From positions 1,240,001-1,304,000 of the forward strand of contig NEEC01000012.1 in assembly GCA_002189035.1 (NCBI GenBank): a stretch of DNA of 64,000 bases, written 5' to 3'. Numbering within the stretch: position 1 is the stretch's first letter; each line of letters starts with the position of its first letter. Positions 13,015 to 25,455 of this stretch are shown here, one piece after another. Both the position numbers and the translations under genes were made by a program. A model generated the notes under the pieces. That model saw only the letters and a list, made by a program, of their open reading frames with translations. It did no database searches and was not told the origin of the DNA. Source of the stretch: Utricularia gibba. Lineage: Eukaryota > Plantae > Magnoliophyta.

Positions 13015-13559
13015 AGGGCTCATCATGGAGATTGATTTTTTTTTTAATTTCAGTTTGACCGATTGAAGCAAGCACGATTATTTTTCTGTGGTTTATACAT
13101 TCTGTTGATTTTCTGTTATTGTTTTTGATTGAAATGATGCTGAGTAATAAGAAGCCATATTTTATGTTTAGCCTAAAACACATGATTAGTTTATTTTAGG
13201 GGGCTGCATTGAATTCAAGAATAGAAAAATTTCAGACTATGCAGAAAATAAGAAATAGGAATATACCAACATTTGAGTATCTTCATGAAATCGATTCAAA
13301 GCGATGTACATTATCATATGATAATGACATCATTTAACTTAAAATAGAATAATTTTATTCATATTTGATAAGTGATTTTGTGTCGTTCCAAAACATATTT
13401 TTTCACTACTCTTTAGTGTTATTTTTACGTATCTTAGACTCCACTTTCTCATTATTTTGAATTGATTTTGCATTTTTCACACTACTTTGATCTTTTTGGA
13501 GATAAAGTATATTTTGTTAATTTTTAGGGTACTTTTGGCAATTTGAGGAAAAATCAAGA

Positions 13560-14330
13560 CCCATCAAATTATGGACTTGATGGGCCACGAATCTCAGTCC
13601 AAGACTCGGTCAAACGATGAACATTTACTCTTCTATATGAAGATTTGTGGATAAGATTGAGATATGAAGAAAATCTTCGAAAATTTGGATAGAAGATCTT
13701 ATCCAAACCCATCGAATAAGTTTAATACGAAGACTTGAATCTACTCTTCTATAAATACCCCACCCTCTCAACCATTAGAGACGTCTTTGATCAATTTTCC
13801 TTTGTACTTTTCCTATTTTCGTGTCTATTTTTATGTTAGAGTCAAGTCTGCGCATATAGGCGCTTGCGGCTGAGAATCTGCGGTGAAGCCTTGCTTGCGC
13901 AAGTCCTGCACATATGACTGTTTTACTATGTTTTTTGACATTTAAATTGAGATTTGATTCTGTTTTTCACAACGTTTTCTTTACCAACGTGCTCTTTAGT
14001 ATCACATAACCCGAAGGGAATGTGAGAGAATCAAAGATTGGCCTCAAGCACCTCAGGAGAAGGGCGCAATCGAACATCGTTGATAAGGCACGTTCTGTCT
14101 AATCTGTCTGCGAGGTGTGAGGTGTAGGGGTTAGATTTGGGTGTGGGTAAAAAATGGGTTATCACAAGAGGTGAAATGGCTCTGGTGGCGTGGTTGATTT
14201 CATAATCCCACTAAACGAGGGACGATGCTATAACGGTCACCGAGTAGCACTACTTTAGAATAACACCCTCAGAGCTTGCGCAAGCAGATCAGTCTTCAAG
14301 GTTTTCACACACGCAAGGGCGAGTTTTAAG
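13560..14330. mobile_element. LTR-like retrotransposon remnant
   Basis: CTATAAATACCCC promoter-like motif and LTR-like composition. Termini and TSD not resolved. Confidence 0.35.
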
Positions 14331-14545
14331 TAAGGTGGATCTTAGATCCAATGTCACTTTTCTTATTGTTTTTAAACTCAAATCTTTCTTGTATTTTCAG
14401 TCTTTTTAAGTCTTTGTTTGAAAAGAAAATTTCAATAACAATTCCTTGTGGATATGATATTACTTTACTACTTCGACGGTTTCTGTGCATTTGCAGAATC
14501 ACCATCAATATTATTACTATATTAACCTTATAATTTTTATTTTTG

Positions 14546-14900
14546 CAGATGTGATATGCATATCACATGTATCTATGAATCATTAAATAGTGTTTTACGT
14601 GAAGCACTAAAATTACTCCCAATAGTTCTTATTGAGACCACTTTCAAGCGATGTGTTAAGATTTTCATCAATAGTAAAGTGAAAATGATTTACTTATGGA
14701 AAAAGGTCAATTATTTACTTTATATTTGCTCTATGTTAAATCAACCAACTATAGATAAATACAATATAGAGAAAATGAGTGATATTGTGATTTCTTGTAG
14801 TAAAAGTTTTAGAAAAAATAAATATTATTATAATGTTTGTTTGACAGATTACTCGTGGAAATTGGTAACAAAAAACTATTCCATGTTCGCATGCTATTCA
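14546..14900 (+). mobile_element. Mutator-like (MULE) transposase relic
   Basis: RCDMHITCIYESLNSVLREALKLLPIVLIETTFKRCVKIF resembles the MuDR-type RxGxMTTNxxESxNSVLxxAxxLPI motif. Highly AT-shifted and degenerate. Confidence 0.5.
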
Positions 14901-15403
14901 TATAAGAATTATTTTTTGGTGTATCATGTTATTTATAATATCATAACAGTTGTTAAATTTGTTTATATTCTAGATGAATGTACAAGGAATTTATTGAAGA
15001 TGAAAGTTATTATATTTCAAAATATTATTAAGTGAAATACTTTGCGAAAATATACAAAAGTCAATTTCAGATATTTTCATGCATGTGTTTTTGAGACTTT
15101 AAGATTTTAATTCAAATAATATTACTTATACAACTATTCTATCTTTTATTGCATAAGTTTTGCATACACTTAATTGGTCATGTTTTAACTTATTGGTTAA
15201 TATAAATATTGTAATATATTATATTTGAATTTTTTCAATATAAAATATAATTAAATGTATTTTTTTTTCAAGAAGTTCATATTTATGTGAATTTTTGTAT
15301 AAAAAATAAAAAAAAATGTTGATGTGTAAATTTGATGAACAATAAAATACAAAATTGATCATATTTTGGAATTATGTCTCCAATAATTGGTGATAGAATG
15401 AGT

Positions 15404-16181
15404 GGTCTTTCCCTTGAGCAAACACTTAAAATCGTTCTGATGCCTGACACATATCATCTTTCATCTCTGAATTCTCCCTTGAAAGTTACAACAAATCTGT
15501 GCTCTTTGATTTGGGGCTACGCTGGATGAAACCTATTTCTTGAACAAGTCAGAAAATCCCACTACATGCCAGCAGATTCTTAACGGGAAGCGGGAATGAA
15601 ATGGGTGCCATTGCGCTCTTATTGAAACGCAAATGGGATGAGTACCAATGAAAGGAGCTGCACTAATTCTGGAGTTCGATAAAGTACTTTTCCTCATTTC
15701 AATTTGTCACAAGCAATCATTTGGAATGCAATTTCTGATTCTCTTTTAAGCATTATTATTTCCGACTCCGTTTGCCAGGGTTTTCTTCACATCGATGAAT
15801 ACCCCAGAGATGCTAATCAAGGTTTTGACATCCCATCGGCTATTGTACACTTCACTGGCCTTGTTTCAAATAAAGAGTTTTGGTGATAAGATGGAAACGC
15901 AAGTTCCTCTTTTGTCCATGCTGCAGGTCTTAAAACAATGAATGTTTGAATTTTCTTTGTTTTCCTGACTCCTCAACTCATTGGGTTTCATGGTACAGGA
16001 GAATACCTCAGAAGTCCTACTTGTGTCTTGATGCTATCCAGATTGTCCTAAGCTGAGGGGAAAGCCAATGGAAGAGATGAAGTCGTCTCCTGATTCAAAA
16101 GCATCCATAAATTATAAGCTGGTTGCAAAAGTTGTATTAGTTGCTGGAGTTGCTATTGCATGACAACATTTTTGGCAGTGA
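15404..16181 (+). pseudogene. PIGT: PIG-T/GPI16 C-terminal fragments with retained introns, internal deletions and stops
   Basis: Collinear PIG-T blocks: GLSLEQTLKIVLMP; FDLGLRW..PLHASRFLTGSGNEMGAIALLL; LEFDK|intron|GFLHIDEYPRDANQGFDIPSA; TSEVLLV; KLRGKP; KVVLVAGVAIA*QHFW. Long stretches between the blocks are missing. Confidence 0.88.
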
Positions 16182-16860
16182 CCACTACTTTTGCTTCTTT
16201 CAGTTCCCAGGATCTTGGCTTGTGGGTGATTCCTAAAAGGCATTTGCTGAAAATATTTGCACGAAACCAAAAGAACTAGACCGTTGGCGGAAAAAGAAAA
16301 AGGTTGATTCTAAAGAAACTCGATTCTCCTCGAGTCAGCATCTTGTGAGGAAATACCTCAAAATCTAGACGTAAAGCCTGCAAAAAAAGGTTTCTGTGAG
16401 CAAGAATGGCCACTTGTTACTTCAACTCAAGCTATTGGGTGTTTTCATCATCTCCTGAAATAAGGTCATCATAAGAGACAGGCGCCAGTATTCCATCGTG
16501 AATCTACGTTTCTGGCCAGCAAATTCCATCCATTTTCCATAAGTAGAAGACCTATATATCAACTACCATCAACCTAACTCAATGAAAAGCAACTCAAACG
16601 ATTCAGGAACCTAAACTTCCTCTACCAAATGACAGAAAAAAGTAATCATAGCGTTGAGTATGAATACCTACCAAGTAGAAAAAAAATAATGAACATCAGC
16701 GCCAAATTTAACTGGAGTAGGAGACAAATTTTTTTGAAGCATTTTTCTGGTCATTTCAGTGGCCTCTTTGCCACTTCTGCAGGTAATCAACTATTAAATA
16801 AAAAAACAAGCAACAGTTAGACAAGCAACAGTTAGACCTCTGGTCATTTCAGTGGCCTCT

Positions 16861-18012
16861 CTATAGTCTCTACATACTCATCGTTGTTGTCATCTTCGAT
16901 ATAGTTTACACCTATTTCAGCTTCAATTGGATCAAATCCACCTTGCAAACATATGAAATTATGAAGCAAAACACATGCTAAAATGATGTCAATCCGTATT
17001 TCAATAAATAGAACGATGGACTCTGTAAAATCATCCAGCGTGTCTTTAGGATACTAAATGCCCTTTCAATTATGTTTCTACCCGAAGAATACTTCATATT
17101 GAAATACTCACGATGATTTTGAGGGGCTTGTGAGCCATGATTCCATTCTTTTAAATGATAGTAAACACCACAATAAGGAGATAGAAAACCTTCACAATTT
17201 GTATGGCCGTTGTCATACAAATAATAATTACTTGTCAAAAAATATGATTTGCATCATTATTCAACACATTTGCAAATAAGTAACAACTTAAAATCACCTT
17301 TACGAACACGCAGCTCGTCTTCTAATGCGATAACATATCGTAGTACCTTACTATCAGCAGCCGATCCTTTCCAACCGGCATATAAATATATAAAATTTAT
17401 AGTCTGATTGCAAATGCCCAAAACATTAGTGTGGATATTATCTTTTCGATTTCTAAACCTTGGTTTCAAATCTTCATTTACTCTAACATCAATATGTGTT
17501 CCATCCAAGTCTCCTAGACAATTTTGAAAAATAACCAATATTATATACAAATTCCACTACAATAGTACACAATACTGAAGAAACTTCACCTGAAATGGTT
17601 TGAATCTATTTGCTGCATTTGCATCATTTATTGGTTGTGGTTTTACAAGCAACTTATCATGTATATGATTTGCGACATGCAAAACTGACTTAAAGTGTTT
17701 GGGTTTAGTCCATGTTGATATTCCAAAATCTCGTTTTTGAATAGCAAACTTCTCAAAAATACTTACGTATCTAGAGTCTATCAATCTGTAAGCCTAAAGA
17801 AGGGTGCACAAATGAAGAAAAGTATCCCGATTCATCCTTAGACTTTCAAGGCATGTGTAGTTAATATTAGAGACAATCCTATTTGCATTCTCAATATGCT
17901 TGTAAATTTTATTGTTCATAGAGTAGCTTCTAGATCGTTCATCATCTCCATCATCCTCATCTATATGCATTCCCTCACAGAAATATTCTGCTGTGTAGTT
18001 CATAAAAGCCAT
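16861..18012 (-). pseudogene. PIF/Harbinger DDE transposase (element 1), degenerate, 3'-truncated
   Basis: LRMNRDTFLHLC (N-terminal), LLVKPQP, NCLGDLDGTHI (D), AGWKGSAADS, YYLYDNG (D), FNMKYSSGRNIIERAFSILK (E). Introns at typical Harbinger positions. Confidence 0.88.
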
Positions 18013-18827
18013 ATTCTATAAAACCATTTGTGAAACAATAGTGGATACATTTGTGCTCCAGTATTTTCTTCAGGTAATTGATTATGCCTGTTCAAAATAT
18101 AATTAAAAAACCAATGTTTTTGATGGAATTGAAGGAAAGATTATTCATTTAACTCAAATAAGCTCAAATAAAAAAAAAAGAAACGTACCATCTAACTCCA
18201 TATCAAAATGGCTTGCTATTTCTGTAAAAACATTTCAATCGTATAAGAACAATTATTTACATAGTTGAATCACGGTCAATTCAAAAAGTCAATCAAGTCA
18301 TCCATTAAAAAAAATCAAATAAAAAAATTAAATGAATTCCGTTATGCCCATCCAAAATTGAAGACAAATGCAAAAAAAAAAAAAAAGAAAGTAAATTTAT
18401 CAAATAACACATATTATCAAGAATTCAATTGAATTCATTTTTACTCATCCAAAATCGAAGCAGAATCTAAAAAATAGATTGAAAACCATAAAATTCATGA
18501 TTAAAAAGATAATACTCCCAAAATCATAGATATATCTAAAATTTATTGAATTTGTGCACAAAACCTATCAGATTCCATTTTCGTAGATCTGTTCGCCTGT
18601 GTCAAAATGAATGAGGAAAGCAAAAAAAAAAAAAGAATGAAAGATTATTTTATTTGAAAAAAAGAATATAATGAGATTTTTATAAAATAAATGGATTCAA
18701 TATTGAAAACAAATAATATATTTCACGTGAGTTTAAATGAAACCCATACCCACCTTGGGTTTCATTTAATCATGTCTGCACATGAAATCTTATGAAGTAT
18801 TTTATTCAAATGTTTGCTAAGTCTGTG

Positions 18828-18842
18828 TACCAAACAGCTTAA
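18828..18842 (-). mobile_element. Candidate Harbinger terminus (TIR-like CCAAACAGCT followed by TAA)
   Basis: The minus strand reads TTA-AGCTGTTTGGTAC, similar to PIF/Harbinger TIRs with a TTA/TAA target. It lies upstream of the transposase. No partner TIR was found. Confidence 0.45.
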
Positions 18843-19137
18843 ATTAATATAATTATGTCGAAATCCCTGAAAACATGCCAAGCAAACGTGGTGGGCCGTG
18901 TACACATTCTGGAAAACATTGCCAGACTGCATCTGCAGAAATCATTTGAGAAGGACAAATATGCCGTCGTTTTCGCTGACAATGGGCTCCGTTGGCCCTA
19001 TTTCTTACGTTTATTTTTTTTAATTACATAGGATTGTTTGAGAAATGCATTTTACTTGTTGACCAATGTAATTCAAGTATTTCACGTGCACATTATTCTT
19101 ACAAACACACTTTGAAAACGCATAGGTGGATTTGAGT

Positions 19138-21308
19138 TCATGCGGTACTTGGAATCCAGCATCCATGGAGACCGTAAGGGAGGCCATAGGGAAACTCGGC
19201 TCGTGCAATCTCCTCAAAAGTAGCTCCATCAAGCAACACTGCATACCCACCTCCCCTTCTCCCACTTACAATTGAGATCACAACTCCTGTTCATGGTTCA
19301 TACCCTACCCTCATTAGCAACATAGAGAAGTTGACCTCGTAAACACACTTGCATGATTTACATTACCGTCATCTTCATCTGTGCCCCCGGGACGAGCAAC
19401 AAAGAACGGTTCGGATGGGATAGACCCCTCGTCGTGCCAACTCTTTGCCCTCTTCTCCAACATGTCTATCTGCAAATCAAACTCCAAAAACAGTGTGACG
19501 TAAAAGATCCTTTTCATGCTTTCTCCAAATTATAATTGTATAGTTTTAGACAATTCTGAAGTTCAAAATTCTCGAAAAGAGAACATTGTAGACATGCCAT
19601 GTACCTTGACAATGGTGTTGGGGAAGTTGCAAGGCCTAGAAGCACCACAAGCATAGGCATATCGATATTTCTTGCCCAGAAAAGAAGGGTTGATGCTGCA
19701 CATATCCAACCCATTCCCATGCTCGTTAGGATCCAAACCCGACTCTAAGCTACCAAACCGGGCTCCGGACAGTGGAATCCGAAATCTTCCAACCCTAAGG
19801 GGCCAATAGAAACAACATAAATTATGAACAAAGAGCATAAGGAGCTTGAGCTTTTTAAGTAGTACCTAGCATGGGGCAAAACATCTTCCCTTGAAAGTGA
19901 ACGGAGGTTTTGAAGGGACAGCTTTTGTAGGATACTCGTATCTGCATTGTGCTCGCAGCAATCTACGATTATCGTGGTGATTCCAGTGTCCTCGTCTCTC
20001 TCTTCATATGCGTTGATGAAGTGAAATGTCACGAACAATGGTACCTCTACGCTTTGTACCTTAAGAAGTCACCCAAGAAGGAAACAAAAAATTCAATCTT
20101 TACTAAGGTTTAGGAAGGCGATATGTTTGTGCCGACAAGTAGAGAACTTACGATTTTGCCACTGATTCTGCACATTACATGCATGAAGGCCTTGGACCGA
20201 GGATGCCACTTGAACTTGAACAATGGTGCAGGCTCAGCGCTAAGAAGATTCTCGGGTGAATACCTGAGGGGCATTTCCGGCACGATGATGTAATTCTCCG
20301 TCACCGGAAACGAATGGACCCAGCCTGGAGCTGGCCCACCGCGGCAATCAACCCGGCCGATAACCTTCCTTTCGTTCGTCCAAGGCTCCATTCTCACTAC
20401 CAAGTACCCCGGCCTTACCAAATCGGGCAAAAGTGTGATGAATTCGCTATCCGTCACGATTGGATGCGCCGAGTGGATAAGGCTGCCGAGATCGTCGGAG
20501 AACTCCAACTTCCCGACAGTATCTAGTGTTTCATGGTCGATGATAATGGAACCTTTTGTAGTCTCCGTCAGGCAGACGATGCGGCCATCGCCGAGCCTCA
20601 CGACGCCGGTGTTAGCGTTATCCGTGAGCGACGCGCCGGAGAAGAGGCTTACGAGGTCTCCAATGCAGGCTAGGAAGTTTTGGGGTTTTGGGCTCTCGGA
20701 GAACTCGCGATAGCATAGCTTTTTGCTCTTCTTCGCCGCCGTGAATGCGTCGGACTCGATCTGCCGGTGGGACATGGTGACGCGACCGTCCTGGAAGTGG
20801 AGGCGAACCAGAGTCGCGTAGCCGTCGAACAGATGGTGGAAGCTGTGGTCTCCAATCTCCCATAGGCCTGGACCGTTCCTTAGGTATGTTCCCTTCTGTT
20901 TGCAATTGAAGTTCACACAAATAAAGAGTATGGAATAAAGACTTGGAAAAACTAGTGTCTATCTGACATCTACATCTATTCTATGGAAGAGAAGATGGGT
21001 ACAAGGCATACCAGCCAATCTGGGATATGGCCTCGAACTTGGAGTTCCCCTTGCCATGTCTCTTGCTTGACACTCGCCCAGGCGGCGAGGTTTTCGTTTC
21101 CAGCCACCTCATCCACCGGAGAAACCACATGCCTGAGCTTCTCCGCTGTTTTTGTGCAAACCGCCGACGGATTCCTAGAACGGAATTTCTTCTCTTCCAC
21201 CCTGAAAGAGGAGAACCCACTTTTCAGAAGCCGGGGTTCACCTAACAATAAATGAGTTGTATCTGAGGGATGGCGGGATTTCATGGAAGCTATGAATCGA
21301 GAAGCCAT
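19138..21308 (-). CDS. CCD8: Carotenoid cleavage dioxygenase 8 (strigolactone biosynthesis); exons 21308-21012, 20895-20152, 20059-19866, 19794-19605, 19469-19367, 19286-19138 (558 aa)
   Basis: GTYLRNGPGLW, TDNANTGV, IHSAHP, WVHSFPVTE, FHFINAYEE, DMCSINP, PSEPFFVARPG, PYGLHGCW. All four Fe-binding His are present. All five introns are GT-AG and in phase, with no internal stop. Confidence 0.97.
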
Positions 21309-24300
21309 TGCTATGCTTTGGAGAGGGTGAATGCAAGGGGGCTGGATTTATACACTGAATCATGAAGTATTAATTCAATTCAACTTTGTTAGAATCAAAT
21401 CATTTTCAGAAAATAAAAACTCCATTGGTGTGACAGTGAAGGCAATTGAGCCTTCCACCTCTCAATATCTTAATGATGAGGCATATTACCCTATACCAAG
21501 TGTAACTACGAGAGGATGTAAAGGCAAATCATAATACATAAATAAATAATAAAACTCCTCAATTGGCATAATGGGTATCATGAAAAGGTATGGTTTATTA
21601 GATTGCAAAGCAAGAACAAATAAACACAAGGGTCCTCTTTGTCACCCATAGTGCACCCATTTCTTATCAATCCTTTCCTCTCATGCCCTTCTATTGCAAA
21701 AAATTACCCATTATCTTAGATTGAAATTCTGCATGGACTGCAGGGTAAGTAAAAAAAAAAAAAATAGCTATACTAATGTCTAATGACCGGTATGAACTAT
21801 GCATCCATCTAGTAACACATGATCCGCAAGTTGAGTCGGGTCATGCAGTCCGTCAAGACCCGAATTCTATTCCAATCAAACTTTGTGTTAAAGAAATGAA
21901 GCGTATCCCTAAACTTTAGGGTCTACGATATTATGCAAAAAGTAGACCGGACCCATGTTGCCAGACCTCGCCCCACCAAAAGGATGCCACTTTCCATCCT
22001 CCCCATTGAGCCCGAAGTGCGCTGTGAAGAACGGCATCGAGCCTGCGTTCTAAGAGTTCGTCAACTAAGTCGTTTTTCTTTGTTCCGCATTAAATGTAAA
22101 TATGATTAAATTTACACAAAAATGAATAATTTGAAAAACCAAACCCAAGTGTATTTTTTAGAGATTAATTTTTTAGTATATATTCGAAAAAAAGTTTTAT
22201 AATTATATTTATATACGTTACTACTACCCAATTAGAATAGATAATTGGAGTGAAAACTTTTTTGGAATAAAAGGATAATATTTATTTTACAATCATAAAA
22301 TTAACTAAATATGAGCTTATGTTTACGATAAATGAAAGATTAAATAAAACTTATCTAAATTTCTAATCAAACATACTAAACATCATTGTGTATCAAATAT
22401 ATAATTAATATTTTTTATTTAACATAAAATAATCTTTTATATTGTACCAAATGAGGATGAATTCCCTCTCATTTTCACGTGCTTTTTCTTGGTTTCAAAG
22501 GTTGGTAATGGAGTCCTCGACAACCAGCAACGAGATTGAATGGCCGACAGACATAAATTCTTCCCTGTTCAAGAATATGCTTTCTATTTGGTGCGCCTTT
22601 TGGGAGGTAATCGCAGGCAAAAGCAGGTGAGCATTCTCGTATTGGTAAGTCAACGGAGATGATTATGGTGATTAATGGCTTTAATCAGATCCCTAATCCG
22701 GCTGCTATTTTATGACTTCCAACACATATACTACTACTTCGCACAATTAATCTTGATTTATTTCAGTATACGCTAATATAAAATTAAATGGATGAAATTT
22801 ATTTTTGCTCAAAATTGTTCAAAATGAATTCAAATGCGGGTACTTGGATTCGTAAATTGAGATTCATTTAAAAATATGATATAATTTTATAAAATTAAAA
22901 AAATAATAATATATGTCATCAAGTTAAAATAATTCAAATTTGAAAAAAATTATTGGTTTCTATCACAAAAGTAAAAAAAATGCGAATTATAGAGAAATAA
23001 ATCTTTATCAATCATGATGCATAGATAAGATTTGAAGAGAAAATGTGTAAGACACTCCAATGCACAAAACGTGTAGAATGCCAAATTAATAAATAAATTT
23101 TTTACTGGTTTATTAATAATATAAAATACTGGGACGCCAAATCTATAAGAACGCAGAGGGCTTATCCAATGAGTGGAAGTTTAGCCAACTTTATACGTTA
23201 ACCGAGCTCAACGAAAATCTCGTTTCGAAAGATTGATTGTTTTATTATTACTAGAAATTTGACATAAATCTTTGATGGTAATTATGCAAATACACAAAAA
23301 ATGGTTGAAATAATAAATAAAATCATCCATATAAAATTGATTATTTTTCAATTTTCTAAAAATGTCTCGAAAACAAATATCAACAAAACAAATAAATAAT
23401 GACTATTGATCAAAGCTTCACCATATAAAAACTTGTCATTTCGTAACACATCATTGATTGTCGTTTTAGATAGAAAAATTTATGTGTTTTATATCAAAAA
23501 TTAGAATTTAGAGTGAATACATTATTTTTTAGTAATATTTGTTTAATTTTTATCTTTGGGACTAAAGCACAACCTGGACGTAATCATGCATGTTTGAGTA
23601 CAACAATAGACTTTTAAGTTACATCCCAAAAGTTCATGTCTAGCAAACATAGGGCTAGCAGAATAAAGTCTAAGAAGATAAAGCTAAAAAAGAGAGAGAG
23701 TATGTACAACCAAATTCCAAAGAGATAAAAAAAAACATATTTTTAGGAGAGATGAAGGAGGAAGGAGAAGAACACAACAACTTCAACAAACAGGTGGGAG
23801 AACAACCCCAATGAAAAACAACCTAGAAGAACACTGCAAAAGAGAAAAAGAAGATCTTTAACTCGCTAAATCAAACAACCTATCATAAAAAAACTAATCC
23901 TGACTAGGAGTAAATCAGAAATGATCATCTATCTTTTATTTGAAACTTTTTATATTTACCTTACTATTCATCTTTTCTTTACATTGCCTAATACTATGGA
24001 AATGTTTGCTATAATCTTTTATGTTTTCATCTTATTTTCTTTATGTTTTCATCTTTTAGTAAAAAGGGATGAGTTTCTCTTTACCTGTTAGTTCATAACT
24101 GATAACTTTTAGTATTTTCCTGTCAAACCAAGATATATCTATGAGGAGGGAAGAATAATGTTTTTTTCACACAAAACCAAACTAGAGGTAAACAAAAATT
24201 AGAATAGAAAAAAGATTTAGGTAAACTTAAATCTCTTGTAAGATAAAGGAGATTTACATTTGATTGAAATGAGAGTAGTATTGAATATTCCATATCTGAA

Positions 24301-25455
24301 ACCTTGAGGTGTCATATTTATCTTTTTTGTATTTTAATCTGATGTATTTCATAACATGTATTTGCTGTAAACTATATTTATGCTTTACTAGTCATAACTT
24401 ATACTTATTTTGCATTGTGACAAACATAATGCATTAACTTTCTCATACAACAAGCATTTAGTGTAAGGAGGAGACGTTTTGTAGCTTCCGAACTTGAAGC
24501 CTGGCCTGGTTTTGAGCTTCCGAACTTGAAGCTAGACACTAAAAGACTTGGGAAGCAACAGTTGAGAGAGATATAGTAATATTCTTTGACACAAAAAATT
24601 GCTATTACACGTATGGTTTCAATTCAAATTTATACTTCAGTGCTGAGTTGCACCCCAGGTCTAACGGTTATATTTGTAGCCGTTGGAAGTCCCTATCTTG
24701 GGCCGCTCACAAGTGTGATTTGGTCTGTCGAGTCCAGCCCGGTAGGTTGTTGGTACAGCCTGCATGGTTATCACTCAATTTCTGGCCCATCGTTGTTTCC
24801 ATCTTCCCACTCCTCTTGCTGTGCGATTTCCTCTCTCTCGGAGGGTTTGATCAGATTCATCAGGATCAGTTCATCACCATCCAACATTTAGTTCTCTATA
24901 ATCGACTTTGATTCTACTATATAATCTCTTTTGATATGTATTTTAAATTAGATTTTGTAAATTTGATACGAAAAGTCCAATATTTAAAAACATCATAAGA
25001 TTTTTGGTTTATCATTGTTATATGTGCATGCAAACTTCAAGTGACTAACTCACATGTGCAAGTTATGATAGTATTATTCTAAAATAGTATTATTTGTTAA
25101 TTATTATAACAATATCTCTCACTTTGTAGGATTATAGAATCAATCATGTTATTAGAGCTAATTCACTTTCTGTAATAATTCACGTTTTTTCCACATTTAA
25201 TACTAAGCTCTGTAATTCACACCATTAGCTCAAATGTTCCTTGATGATGATATGTAATTGAATCCTTCTCTTTAGTAAATTGAGTCCAAATTCGTGCACA
25301 CTCAAATCCATAAATTGTTGGCTTCTTTTCAAATTGATTTGGAAATCCCAAAAATCCATAAAATATATTTTATTTAAAAAAATCAAATCAATATAAAGAT
25401 GTAAAATCAATAAAATATAATGAAAGAATGGAATATATAGTAACTTTTGATTCAC

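Noticed and set aside
14549-14568. Perfect 20-bp palindrome ATGTGATATGCATATCACAT
   Set aside because: It lies inside the decayed MULE relic, is single-copy and has no supporting context.
24483-24532. 18-bp direct repeat AGCTTCCGAACTTGAAGC twice
   Set aside because: Only two copies with a 14-bp gap, in LTR-like sequence. It is not a CRISPR or satellite array.
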